A DNA stretch of 62,744 bases, the filler included, from Basidioascus undulatus (lineage: Eukaryota): NCBI GenBank assembly GCA_000826855.1. It is 4 parts of 4 records of this genome, joined end to end, with 100 filler letters (N's around TTAATTAATTAA, not from the genome) between each part and the next. Parts side by side here need not be neighbours in the genome. Positions count along the whole stretch, not along the records: positions 31,442 to 47,043 come from JTLS01000635.1; 3 more parts are not named here. The stretch is one strand, 5' to 3'. The first letter of the stretch is position 1, and each line of letters begins with the position of its first letter. Position numbers and translations under genes: made by a program. Below are positions 35,201-47,143 of this stretch, in pieces. The notes beneath the pieces are model-generated. The model worked only from the letters and a program-made list of their open reading frames with translations, was not told the origin of the DNA and ran no database searches.

Positions 35201-37719
35201 AGGGCGCGCGAGACAGCGGAAAGCGGTTCGACCAGAGCTCGATCGACGGTAAGCTCCTGGACGCGGCGATGGCAGCATGTGCGGCGCATGCTAATCGCTT
35301 TTTCTACGACCGCACAGGTCTTACCCGCAAGCGCACGGAGCTCGTCTCCCAGCTGCAGGAGCTCAAGAGCCAGAAGCCCTCGCCCAAGGCCGACGAGCGC
35401 CTCGTCGCGGACGTCGCGCGGCTGGAAACTAGCTTGCATATGGCGCGGGACGAGCTGGTACGTCTGGCGCGAGTTTGCGATGTGTTTTGAGTCTATGAAC
35501 ACTAACGAAATTTCTGGCGGGGTGTTGAACAGGCCGCCAACAAGAGCCGTCTCACGGGCATCCAGTCCGAGCTGAAGGAGATCGAGAAGGACATCAAGAA
35601 GTCGCAGCCTGACCTGACGAAGGTATGTTTGCTGAACCTCAAGCGCGCTCGACGTCCGCATTAACGGTTGGGTGTTTCCGCAGGCGGAGAAGGCGCACGA
35701 CAAGATCCTCGCGGAGATCGCCGAGAATGAGTCGGTCGTCTTTGCGGAGGAGGACAAGGTTTACGCCGCGTTCTGCGCTAAGCTGGGGCTCGCAAACATC
35801 CGCGAGTACGAGGAGCGCGAGGGCAAGCTCGCGATGGCCGAGAACGAGGCGCGCGTCAAGTTCGAGGCGCAGCTCAAGCGCCTGCGGACGCAGTGCGTCT
35901 CTATCCCTCTGACACGATGTTCTGCGCGCACACTCATCTGATCTCGTGCTCGCAGGATCACGTTCGAGAAGGAGAGGCTGGACGAGAGCAAGGCGCGCCT
36001 CGAGAAGCTTCAGGCCGCCGCGGACAAGGAGACGTCCACGCTCGAGACGCTGCGCGCGGAGGAGGACGCCCTCCAAGCGGAGCTGAACGACATCGCCTCC
36101 GAGGTCGAGTCGCTCCAGGCTGAGCTCGCGGAGCTCCAGAAGGCGGAGGACAAGGCGGCCGAGGCGCTCGAGGATGTCCGCAAGAAGGCGGGCAAGGCGA
36201 CCAAGGTCCTTGATAAGGCGATGAAGGAGATCGCGACTTGGGTGGGTCTTGGTTAGTCTTCTGAAGCTGGACGTGAGGCTGACTGCTGGATCGTGCGTCG
36301 GATTTGGATGCGCAGAACGACGAGATCCAAAGCCTTGCGTCGGAGCGCTTCGCAATCTACCGCAAGTGCAAGCTCGAGGAAATCGAGCTGCCCCTGGAGA
36401 GCGGCAGCCTGGACGACGTCCCCATTGAGGAGGCAAGTCGGCGAAGAACGTCGCGTTGTATGTCAGAATGCTAAGTGTCTTCGCTGTACAGAACCTCAAC
36501 GCCGAGCCGATGGACGTCGACGAGGACGAGGACGGCACGCAGCGTCCGGTACAAGTCACCGACTATGGCGTCCAGGTCGACTACAGCGACCTGGACGACG
36601 ATGAGCGCGAGGTGCGTCTTCCGCATCCCCCGGTTCTTCTTTGTCACGTGTGCTCATTGAGGATGTATGTGTGGTGGCAGCACGCCGAGGGCGAGCAGGA
36701 ATACGTGGACCAGATCGCGAAGATCAACAGCGAGATCGAGCGGATGGCGCCGAACATGAAAGCGATCGACAAGTGCGCTTTTCTTATGCTCTTCAATCAC
36801 CCGGTCGCCAACATCTTGCTGATCACGCTCGAACAGGCTGGACGACGTCGAGCAGAAGCTCGCGGACACCGAGAAGGAGTTTGAGAAGGCGCGCAAGGAC
36901 TCAAGAAGCGCTCGCGATGAGTTCCAGGACATCAAGAAGAAGAGGTGCGCTCAGCACTTTGTAGCTGCGCTCTACGTACACCCGGTGCTGATGCATGATG
37001 GCCACGGTGGGCAGGCATGACCTGTACACAAAGGCGTTCAAGCACATCTCCGAGCACATCGACAAGACGTACAAGGAGCTCACGAAGACGCGCGCGCAAC
37101 CAAGCGGAGGTCTCGCTTACCTCAGTCTGGAGGACGACGACGTACGTGTCGTGCATCGAACTGAAGCGCCGACAACGCTGATTCTGGATTCGTGGCCACC
37201 ATGCAGGAACCCTACAACGCCGGCATCAAGTACCACGCCATGCCGCCGGGTAAGCCGTTTCGCGACATGGACCAGCTCTCGGGCGGCGAGAAGACGATGG
37301 CGGCAATGGCTCTGCTGTTCGCGATTCACACGTACGTGACAGCGCCCCATGACTTCGCTTCGCCGCCCCGCATGCTAACCAATGTCTCATGTCGTCCAGA
37401 TTCCGCCCCGCGCCGTTCTTCGTGCTGGACGAGGTTGACGCCGCTTTGGACAATACGAACGCGGGCCAGATCGCCCGCTACATCCGCAACCACAGCGGCA
37501 ACGCGTTCCAGGTAAGAGAGTGCTGGTGTACTGCCATCGTTTTGCGATACCGGCCGCTTATTCACGAGCGTCTGTCCACAGTGCTTGATCATCAGTCACC
37601 GCTCGAGCTTGTTCGAGCGCGCTGACGGGCTCGTCGGCGTCTATCGCAACGCGGACCTCAACTCGAGCCAAACGCTCACGCTCGACTTGACCGCGTACGA
37701 TGATGAGGCGCAAGCGTAG
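32240..37719 (+). CDS. SMC1: Cohesin subunit Smc1
   Basis: [56 protein letters not shown], hinge [74 protein letters not shown]. Confidence 0.96.
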
Positions 37720-37900
37720 ATGCTTTGCTACCGGGACTCTCTTTGATTTCTTTGTACTGTTGTTGTACGATGAGTTGCATTGCATCAATACGTCACACGC
37801 TTTGGAGGTGCTCGCGCTGAGCAGTGCCATGTGCGTCCATCAACTGCTATCAACGGGGAGCGAAAGACAACAAGTCCGCATGAGAAATGGAAGAGTTCTG

Positions 37901-38990
37901 TTACTCGGAACTTGGAACTACAAGAGGTTTGCCAGTCTTATCAACTACATCGATCGAGTGAAGCGCCAGCTGTTGCGTGACATCAAGCAGCTCCCCCACA
38001 ACAGCGCGCTCGTCGACAAAGAGGAGGGAGAGGAGAAGAAGGGAATGCTATCCAACTGGATCGTCTGCAAAGCTCGGAATCGATATCTGTGTGCTTCGAG
38101 GGTCTTCACGAAACCGACGAGGACAGCGAGGGAATGCGGGACTTCCCCTGGTCCGAATACCGTAGGTGTCGCAAAGATACGGAGAAGCTCGAGGTGTCTG
38201 TGCTCGTGGGTTGGAAGGACTCCCCGGGCGGTAGGTGGTTGGTGAAAAGCGATACCAGGTAAGGGCAGAGCGAGGGCAAGTCGGCCCTGGATGTCCCCCC
38301 ATACATTCCGCAACAATCAGTGGCCACAACACAACACGACAAGTTGGAGAATGGTGTGAATGCGCACAAGAGAGATCTGCTTGTCTGGGAACGGAGCTCG
38401 ACATGCTGGAGTCCAGATCCTGCGCGTCGCAAAAGGCTGAGGCAGATGGATACGCCCTGGGCGTCGGAGACCACCGAGAGGGACGCTACAATGTAGCATA
38501 AATTCGTCAGATCAGCGGGCAGACGGAAACTCACACAAACTCGGAACATCAGCATTTGCTATAATTCCAGCACATGTGTCGCCTCCCAATATGAGGAGCT
38601 CGAGCTCGCGCAGCTCCGGAAATGTGCGCAGGTGCGGCGGAGCCTGCTTGCCGAGCGGGGAGACCCTTCCACCCGGCAGGCAGAAAGCTGCAAAACGCAA
38701 TCGCTCGTTCATGCGGTAGAGAGGTACTCGCCCATGCCCTTATGAAGGTCGAGGCCCAAAGCGTGTGCGCTTCGGTCGTACTCGGCGACAGCATTCGACG
38801 TGACGCACTCGAGGTTATTCAAGAGGTAGAGTAAGGACGGGAGGACTCCGCCCGTGTCGGAGTCGGAGGAGTCGCCGGCACTGGACGAATCATCGCTAGA
38901 TGTATCCAGCGACGCCTCATCCTCGCTTTGGCTGGCGTCGAGGTCGCAAGCGATGTATAGCCGCACGACGTGATAACCATTCGACTTGCC
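37901..38990 (-). pseudogene. LRR/F-box-type degenerate gene
   Basis: Fragments LRTFPELRELELLILG, GSGLQHVELR, FRALQTIQLD and IDVVDKTGKPLVVPSSE* fall in different frames. Confidence 0.4.
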
Positions 38991-39121
38991 CGTACTCGTA
39001 AACCGAAGTTTGAGCCAGGAGTGCGAAGTAAAGGCTAACGAGCGGGCCAGAAGGAAGATGGAAGCCACGAGGCGAGTTCTTGAGCGCGTCAGAACCGATC
39101 GCATCTTTCCTTTCGCCCACC

Positions 39122-40455
39122 ATGTCCTCGTCGACCGACACATTCCCGCTGCTCGACCTGCCTTCCGAGCTCATACTTTGGATCCCTCCGCACTTACCAC
39201 CGCGCACACGTCTAGCGCTTTCGGGAGCCTCGCGCTTCCTTCGCGATCTCCTCTTCCCTTCGCTCTTCCGGACCATCGCAATCGACTCGCAGCGCCTGCG
39301 CACCGATATTGCGCTCAGTGGTGCAAGCTGGGGGGAGGTGAAATGGCTGAGAGAAGACTCGAGACTCTCCAATGTTGTAACGTGAGTCCGTTTCTTCTGC
39401 TCTCCAGCACCCAAAAACGATGATCACGTTGACGCATATGTGGCCCTAGCGAGCTGGTCGTCGATCTAGGCGATACCGTCGGACCTCCCTTGCCTCTTCC
39501 AACTTTCGAAGCCTGCTTTCGCAACATGTCAAACCTTCGATCAGTCGTACTTATCGCTGATTTCATCCTCGCTCCTATGCTCGAGCTGCTCAGCGCACTC
39601 CCCCACCTAGCGCATGTCGACATTTTCGGTCGTCTTCCTTCGTCGTACTATAGCATCGCTCTCCTAGCACCAGCGTTTTCTCACCTCGATCACATCAGCA
39701 TTGCCGATACCTCGATTACTCCGGCTACCGAATACATTCCCTCTCTTTTAGGCCTTTTCCCGCACGTCCGGCGACTCGAGCTCGGCCGGATCGCACCTCT
39801 CAGGGCGCTCGTTCAGAGCGCAACGCATCTTGAGTTCCTCTCTCAGATCTCTTCCGGAGGTCACGAGGATCTGGACGAGGTGCCACCGGAGAGCTCGGAA
39901 GTACTCGATGCGCTGCTCGACGACTTGCGCGGCAAGGAGAACCTGCGCGAGCTTCGCATCATGAACAGCGCTATTCAGTCCTGGCAGCTCGAACGACTAG
40001 TGAATGAGCAGCGGGGACTCATTCTCCTCGATCTAGCTTTCGAAGATACCCACCATACAACGACTTTGACTGGACTGGAACGCCTCGTCCGTTGCATCCC
40101 CCTGCCTCGCTTTCCTCTCAGCTCCTCACTGATCTTTTTTATGGTATAGAAAACTCACTTTCGCCTCCTCCGCAAGCTCCCGCGTCTTCGAACTCTCTTC
40201 GTTTCGCTGGCTCTCGCCTCTGCGGAAACCGTGCCGTGGGGTCAAAGACAACGGGTGTTCGCCGCAGTCTGCGCAGAGCTCGTACGTGCGCACGGCGGAA
40301 GCGGCCTCGACTCAGTGGGGGTACGCGCTCAGGGCATCGGGTACTGGCGCATCAAGCGTGCCCCAGATGGCAAGCTGCGTGAGGTGGTCGTTGGCGAGGA
40401 GTGGGGTGAGGAGTTCGGACGGGACGTTTTGAAGGGGTTAGAGGGCGAGGATTGA
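39122..40455 (+). CDS. F-box/LRR(RNI)-like protein
   Basis: LLDLPSELILWIPPHL..RLALSGASRFLRDLLFPSLFRTI (F-box) followed by LRR-like MSNLRSVVL, LPHLAHVDI and FPHVRRLEL; two GT-AG introns. Confidence 0.7.
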
Positions 40456-40698
40456 ACGACGACTATTGTATTCAAAGCCAATTTGAATGTCTGCGCCGGC
40501 CTACGTGCTCTGCTGCAGGCGTATGTGTGGGTGCGGCCGGCATGCGGGAATGCGATTACAGGGTCAATGACCACTGAAGCTGCGCAGTGCGTCTTCACAG
40601 AGGCAACGCGCGGTCAAATGCGTAGGCGAACGACGCGTACTTTCCATGCAGTCAGCACCCTTCACCATAAAAAACATTAGGATTAGCAGAGACTTTTC

Positions 40699-41480
40699 AT
40701 GACTTCTCAAGCCGCTTACTTACAAACTACCCCCGAGTTTGACACCGTACGCCCATTCCAGGCGGAACGGTCCCTTCCCTACCAACCATCATCATTTGCT
40801 GCACACACTCATTCCCTGACCCACTCAAGCACATCCCGCATTCGAATCGAATCACTCGCTGACTACAACAGCATCTCGCTTCTCACCCTCCCCACTGAGA
40901 CCGTGCTCGAGATCGCCGGCTTCGCGGACCCGCACGATCGCATATGCCTCTCGCGCGTGCATCCTGAGCTTTGCAAGCTTTTGCTGCCCATCGCCTGGTC
41001 GGAGGTCCGCATTGACTCACGGCATAAAGCTAGCGCATACGTTTAGCATCATGCGGACAAGTTCCAGTATCTGCGGTGAACGCCGTTCCTTGCGACCCTT
41101 TCTTTATATACCGTGGCCGGCGACCGTCACCGGAGGGTGTGTAGCGGAATTGGTGCATGTCCAGCCCTAGATTCCCAGTCACCACGCAATAACTGAACTA
41201 CAGCCTGGTCCTTTAACTCCCCAACGTATGCTGGTTCATCCCCACTGTCTCCCTCACTGCACTGCGTCCTGCACAACCCACACTGCACCAAAGCTCTGGC
41301 ATTTAGAAAGTCGAAAACGTGAATCGCACCGAGACCTGATGGATAATTACAAAGAAACATGGTACCTCAATGTTATCAAAATTCTGATCCTTGCAGCCGA
41401 GTTGATTAGTTGGCACGCCGTCGTCCTGTTCCGCTGTTGGGAACCACTACTTCGACGTGGCCACGTTTCCGGACGGATCT
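40699..41480 (+). pseudogene. F-box pseudogene
   Basis: SLLTLPTETVLEIAGFADPHDRICLSRVHPELCKLLLPIAWSEVRID followed by an in-frame TAG (SAYV*HHADKFQYLR); downstream sequence is degenerate. Confidence 0.5.
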
Positions 41481-41584
41481 GAATCGCAAGGAAGTTGGAT
41501 GACCAATCTATAAGAGAAATTTTGATGAGGGAACATACCCGGGAAGGTGATCGGCAAGCATTGCAACACAAAGCCAAGGGATGT

Positions 41585-42600
41585 CTACGTCGTACGCTCG
41601 CACCCAGAGTTTCCAAGCGCCAATACGGAAACCTTGAATACCGTCCTTGCCAATGGCCTCTCGCTCCACGGATACGTCGGCGCCACTTCCCTCAGCTCAT
41701 GCTCTGGGGCTTGATACAGTAGCCAGCCGACGACTTCCAGGAGATCATTCGTATCCGTTTCTCCGGGCATCAATTCCTCACGCCCGCGCCCAACGTCGAG
41801 CGGGATCAGCAAGGCGCGGCGAAGGCGAGTGAGCGGAGCGAGCGCCCTCTGATAGAATGCCTAATGAGGCGGAGAGGCGGGGGTAAGCAAGATCAGTGTT
41901 GCGGCGCTTGATTTGGAAGTAACAAGAGGGCCCATGTACGATGTCTTTGGCAGTCCAATGTAATCTCTAGGAATCAACATCGTGATACCAGTTTCCTGAC
42001 CCCAAGCGCTCATCGGCATCGCAGCCATTCAGACTGATCGTCAAGTCCAGACTTTCGAGCATGGGGCAGCGTTTGACTAGACCGGTGAGGATGTCCGCAC
42101 TCAAACCAAGGGCGGTGATGGCGTGGTGTCGGAGGATCGGCATGGACAGCCTCCCCCTCGAGACAGCTAAGGGTGGCGGCTTCGAGACTGTGCAGTTGCG
42201 GGTAATGCGGGAACTCAACGACAAGATCTTAGAGATTAGGGTGCTGCGCAAAGCGCGTGGGGTCTGGGCAGACATCAATCAGGTGAAGACGCTTAATAGA
42301 CTTGTGAAGAACCGACAGACGTGTGGGGTAAAACGGAAAGGAAGACAGTGACCAGACGTAGTCCATGTCGATAGCATCACTGGAGCGCTCAAGGCCTGTG
42401 GCGATCTCGCTAGGCCTCATATCGCGACCATGAACTACGAGCTGCTCAACGGGCTGGTTGGACAGCTTCGACATGAGCATGAGCTCAGCTGGCCATTAAG
42501 GTGTTTCCATCGGCTCCACAGGACGAGCGCCGGTCTCGATGTTGTTCACCCTCCTGAATAGAGCGATCATGCTCAGGGAGAGGGACCTAAGGGACGGCAT
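41585..42600 (-). pseudogene. LRR-type degenerate gene
   Basis: MPSLRSLSL, SIKRLHLID, HPNL*DLVV and LVKRCPMLESLDL, with stops and frame switches. Confidence 0.45.
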
Positions 42601-43199
42601 GTACGCAACGGCGGGGCAGGTCTTGCAGAGCATGGAACCCCCCTGACGCGTGCTCTTGCTCCTATGTGAGATCTTAATGGCATTTTTACTCCACGCATGC
42701 CTTTTTTTCGGGCCTGAAAGGTCCAGAAGCGGGGTTATAAGTAGTCAGTGAGGGACAAAGCGTCCGTTAATGCCGACCCATGTGTCTGCCCTCGCCTGTT
42801 AATTAGGTGCCAGTGTCATTCTAGCACGGGATGTTATAAAGTATCCCTTAAAACTAATTTACCGGAATTTAGGTGTCCTACCTTGCAAAACAACGGCTTC
42901 TTTGCACCCGCGGCTTTGCAGCCTGGTAGCTGACGTCCTTTGGCACGCTGCGGCTTTCTTGCGTCCTATTTCTCGACGAAGCTTGCTTTCACATCAATCA
43001 CCCCAAGGTTATTCCCAGACTTCACTTAACAAAAGCTAAATGAGATAGAGGAACCCGCACAGAGATAATGGTCGCCAGGGCTTCTGTCACCTTTTCACTG
43101 TTTGCATTTCAAGTTGGATCTGCATCCGATCGTCCAACCGGTGCTCAACTGCCAATGGAACCAGCATCTTCCCTTGTGTTTACTGCGCTAATCTGACAC

Positions 43200-43860
43200 A
43201 CATGATCTCCTACCTATTGGGCGCTCTTCCGCACATGCTCACCTGCTAGCTCTTGCGCTCGCTGTCTCCCGAAATCGAAAGCATCTCCCAAGCTCGCACT
43301 CCCTCTTCCGTCGAAGCAATGCGCTCCCCCCGAACCTTTCGGGCATGCCTGGCAGGAGGCGCAGGCCCTTTTAAAATGCGAGGCGGAGCAATAGCTGTGG
43401 GCGGCGCTGAACACGCTGTGCGCGGAGGAGCGCGAGCTTGAGGCCGAGCGGCAGGCGCTGGAGGCGGAGGACCAGAAGCTCGCTGTGGAGTACAGCAAGT
43501 TAGCGGAGGAGTACCTGCCGGGGAGTACAACGCCCTCACCTCGAGGCAGTGGGAGGGGACGCGCATGCGCGAGGTCGAGGCGCTCTGCACGGTTAGGAGG
43601 TTTTTTTTTAGCTGCTGAGCCTCGCGGAACAGCTAAGGGATCACTCGGTCGCGCGGAGGAAGATCGAGTGCACTGAAGGAGATTGACAGGAGGATCAAGG
43701 AGATTGGGGTGGTGCGCCGGGTCAGAGAAGACGAGTGGCGGACGTGCAGGACGGAGCTGGATCGGATTGCAAGGAAGTGGTTAAGCGATTTCGCCCGAGC
43801 TGAGGCCCAGCGGGCGCGGCCCCGTTGGAATCCTGCTTTGCGAACGTGGAAAATATAGGC
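43200..43860 (+). pseudogene. Degenerate coiled-coil coding relic
   Basis: EAEQ*LWAALNTLCAEERELEAERQALEAEDQKLAVEYSKLAEE with stops and frame switches. Confidence 0.25.
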
Positions 43861-45372
43861 AGGTGTTCCGCCTTAGGGAGTATCGACTGAGCTCAGGCTG
43901 CTGCTGCTTGCTTTGGAACAGGTGATGCGCAAAAGACAGGAGAAAACGGCGCACTGATGTTGAACTGCAAGCTTGGATGTCGCTCGCGGGTGAATGTGTT
44001 TTTCGTATATATCTCTGGACAGTTTATGAGATTTGAGTGCCCGAATTATGAGAAAGGCAAGCTCAATGAGGCGTCCAGCGCTTTGCCGTCTTAATATAAT
44101 GTGTTTTCCCTCCCAGCAAACAAAGTCACTATGCGTCAAGGGACATCGCACTTGGTTGAATATTCCACGTATCGAGCTTACCTCTCGTCAAACACTACAC
44201 TTCGGGTCAATCTACGCTGCAGGTCCCTGTTCCTTCAAAGCGGCAGGGGCCGCAACACAGCCGAGTGAAATTGTTGGCTCCGTTCTAAGACGTTGGTTTC
44301 TCCATGCTTTCAGACGGAACAAAGACTACTGCTGACAAATGATGCATGGATCCCCGAGTTCCGCTGGATGGCAAAAATCCACTGGCGCTGAGTGAAGCCA
44401 AGGCTGACATTCCGTTGGAATCTAATTGGCAGACCCGCTTTCGGGGGAAGGCAGACACATTAATCCTTTTCAAGGCCCAACCGACATCCTTCGCTATGAA
44501 GGCCTGAGGATGGAGTTAGGGAGGTGAACACCGGCCCATAAGACCCCAAGTCTTACGAGATGCGCCTCTCCAGCAGTGAAGTAAGCAGGGGATGGCGAAG
44601 TCAGATATCACAGTGTATGTCTGTATTGCTGTAACCTGAAGTCCAAAATTCCCTTGGACAAACTGATCGTATCGATCAGCAGCTGGTTGTGGACAAGAAC
44701 TATTTGAGTACGGTCCGGTGGTGAGCAAGGCTGTGAAGTGCAGCCTATTGGCTGGCAAACCACTGGGTGCCTTTTTCACGGCACGGTTAAGGCATCAGCG
44801 TTCGGAGAAAATCTTATGACCTAAATGTGCTACTGCACTAGCTTCTGCCTCTTTAACCGTTCCGTCCGGGACTCAATGTGGAACTCGAGTATCCAGCCCG
44901 CCGTCAATCTCCAGGTCGTTTTGGGGATTGCCGTTCCGCATTGCCCTTCTAGACGAATTGCCCCATGCAGGCACAGCTATTGAAACGCCTTCAGATGTCA
45001 ATCTTCTGCAAGCTGGAAGTTTTGTAGGTACCGCGTGGGACGCAATGGCGCGTTTCTCACAGCCTGAGGCCAGAAGACCGCTTTGACAGCAGAAGAGATG
45101 TAAAGTTTGCGTAAAGTTGTCGAAATAGCAGAAGTACTCACGGTGCAGTTGACAGAAAGCGTGACGATGAAGCCAGCGCCATCGCAGCACAACACGTTTG
45201 GCGCGACAAAATTACATCACATGCATTAGAATCAAAGACTGCAACATTCAACGTGCACTTTGTGACGAAACCAATGGGATTGCGTTCTCAGAGATCATCC
45301 CTGTCAAAGCTCGCCAGTTCGGGTCGCACGCAGTGACGGATGATGGGGGTGTTATTGGAAGTCGTGGATCCG

Positions 45373-45413
45373 TCCGCACAATCCGCACACTCCGTACACT
45401 CCGCACACCGCAC
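45373..45413. repeat. 9-bp tandem repeat (TCCGCACAC, about 4.5 copies)
   Basis: tccgcacaa tccgcacac tccgtacac tccgcacac cgcac. Confidence 0.8.
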
Positions 45414-45759
45414 GCCTGCTCAGTACTGCAGGGTCGACCTCTGTGAGCTCGACTATCTCATCTTGCACCTCGACGTTGCAGGGTGCAACTTGACAACATC
45501 TCCATGAATACATCTGACTGAAAGACCTGAAATTTGTTCCTCCCTATCTAGGCTGAGGGCCAAACCCGAATTGGAGCTGGCAAAGGAAGAAGAGCTTCCG
45601 CTCGGGCCGGTTCCGTACCAGGCAATCACGCGGCACCTCTCGGCTCAAGCCTCAAGGCGAAGGAGCAGGTCGACCTTCACGCTCACGATCATCTTACCCC
45701 TTCTGCTCATCATCCATCTCGTCCACCTCCCCATCAGCACCCTCGAGGATCCCACCGCG

Positions 45760-47043
45760 ATGCTATCAGTGATCACCGCCCTCCGACGAACACACCAGCC
45801 GCCACCGCCGCCGCCGCCCATCCTCCCCGTTGCCGCGCCGGCGGAGGAGCTCTTCCCGCCGCCCGCCACCGCCACAGAGGACAGCGAGAAGGACAAGGGC
45901 AGCAGGACGCTGTTTGGGCCGGCGCTGGGTAAGGCGGAGCTTGAGGTGGACCCAACTGCCAAGGCGGGCAAGGGCCAGGCGGTGGGCGTGGAGACTGTGC
46001 GGGAGTGGGTGAGGAGGAGCAAGGACGCGAGTCGGCGGCATCTCCCTATCTCTTGCAGACCAACGAAGGCTTATTTTGGGAGGACTCGGACAGCCAACGA
46101 CGATCACGACGACGCTCCAAGCGCTCACGAACCTCAAGCGCAACACGCTGCGCCTCCTCCCGCACCCGTCCCTTAGCGCGTCCTCGGGCACCGAGCGCGC
46201 GCAATCCCCAACTCCGACATTCCACACCTCCCCCTCGCGCCCGGCCTCTCCATCCCTCTCCATTGCGCCCGCGTCCTCCTCGCTCCACACCCTCCGCTTC
46301 ACGTTCGACTGCGCCTCCCCCAAGTGCGGCGTGCGCTTCGCATGGGCGTCCGAGGCGGAGGGGGAGGACGTGTGGGAGGGCGTGGTAGATGGCGGGTGGG
46401 AGGTCGAGTGGACTGCGCCAGAGGAGGAGGTCCGGCTGGATCTGGCGGCGAGGGAGAGGGTGGAGGTGCTGAGGAGTGAGGAGAAGAGGGCGAGGGAGGA
46501 GGAGGAGAAGGCCAAGGGAGAGGAGAAGAAGGAGGATGCGCAGGCGGGAGAGACGCCTGTTCCGGCGCTCGTTCATGAAGGCGGACGAAAGATCGCGTGG
46601 TTCAGGCGCAAGACGCCCCCCGCTGCCCCGGCCACACCGACTACCGACCAGCCGGTCGCAACCTCCTCCGCTACCCTCGCCGAAGACGCGTCCACCACCT
46701 CTGCACCCGCAGCAGACGACACGCCCGTCGTCCTCACGCTCAAAGTGACCCTCACCGCGTACTCTGCCGAAGGTATGCTGCATCTCCCCATCTCCGCCTC
46801 CACCCTCCTCTCATTTATTTCTGACTCCCCCCTTTTCCTCCAGGCATCCCCCTCTGCCCGCACAACTCCCAAACGACCCACCTGCAAATCATCCGCGCCT
46901 CCAACGAACTGCAGGCATCCTCCTCCGACTTCCCCCCCCCCGTCCCCGCCCGCGCCTCCGACGACGTCTGGATCTCCCGCGTGTCCCTGCGCACTGCCTC
47001 TGTGCGTCTCCTCCCCTATCCCCTTCCACACACACCCCCCCCC
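45760..47043 (+). CDS. MGRN1/RNF157/LOG2-like E3 ligase N-terminal region, 3' truncated (RING not visible)
   Basis: TTTLQALTNLKRNTLRL..TLRFTFDCASP..VVDGGW..NSQTTHLQIIR resembles, from memory, fungal MGRN1-like proteins. Confidence 0.5.
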
Positions 47044-47143
47044 NNNNNNNNNNNNNNNNNNNNNNNNNNNNNNNNNNNNNNNNNNNNTTAATTAATTAAN
47101 NNNNNNNNNNNNNNNNNNNNNNNNNNNNNNNNNNNNNNNNNNN
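47044..47143. other. Artificial contig spacer
   Basis: 44 N + TTAATTAATTAA + 44 N. Confidence 0.98.

Noticed and set aside
33828..36559. Long antisense ORFs over SMC1 (also over Aurora, UBP14 and the ligase)
   Set aside because: Expected shadow frames of GC3-rich coding sequence with no independent motifs.
43870..45360. Transposon or reverse-transcriptase remnant
   Set aside because: Only short ORFs; no recognisable RT, integrase or transposase motif and no terminal repeats.
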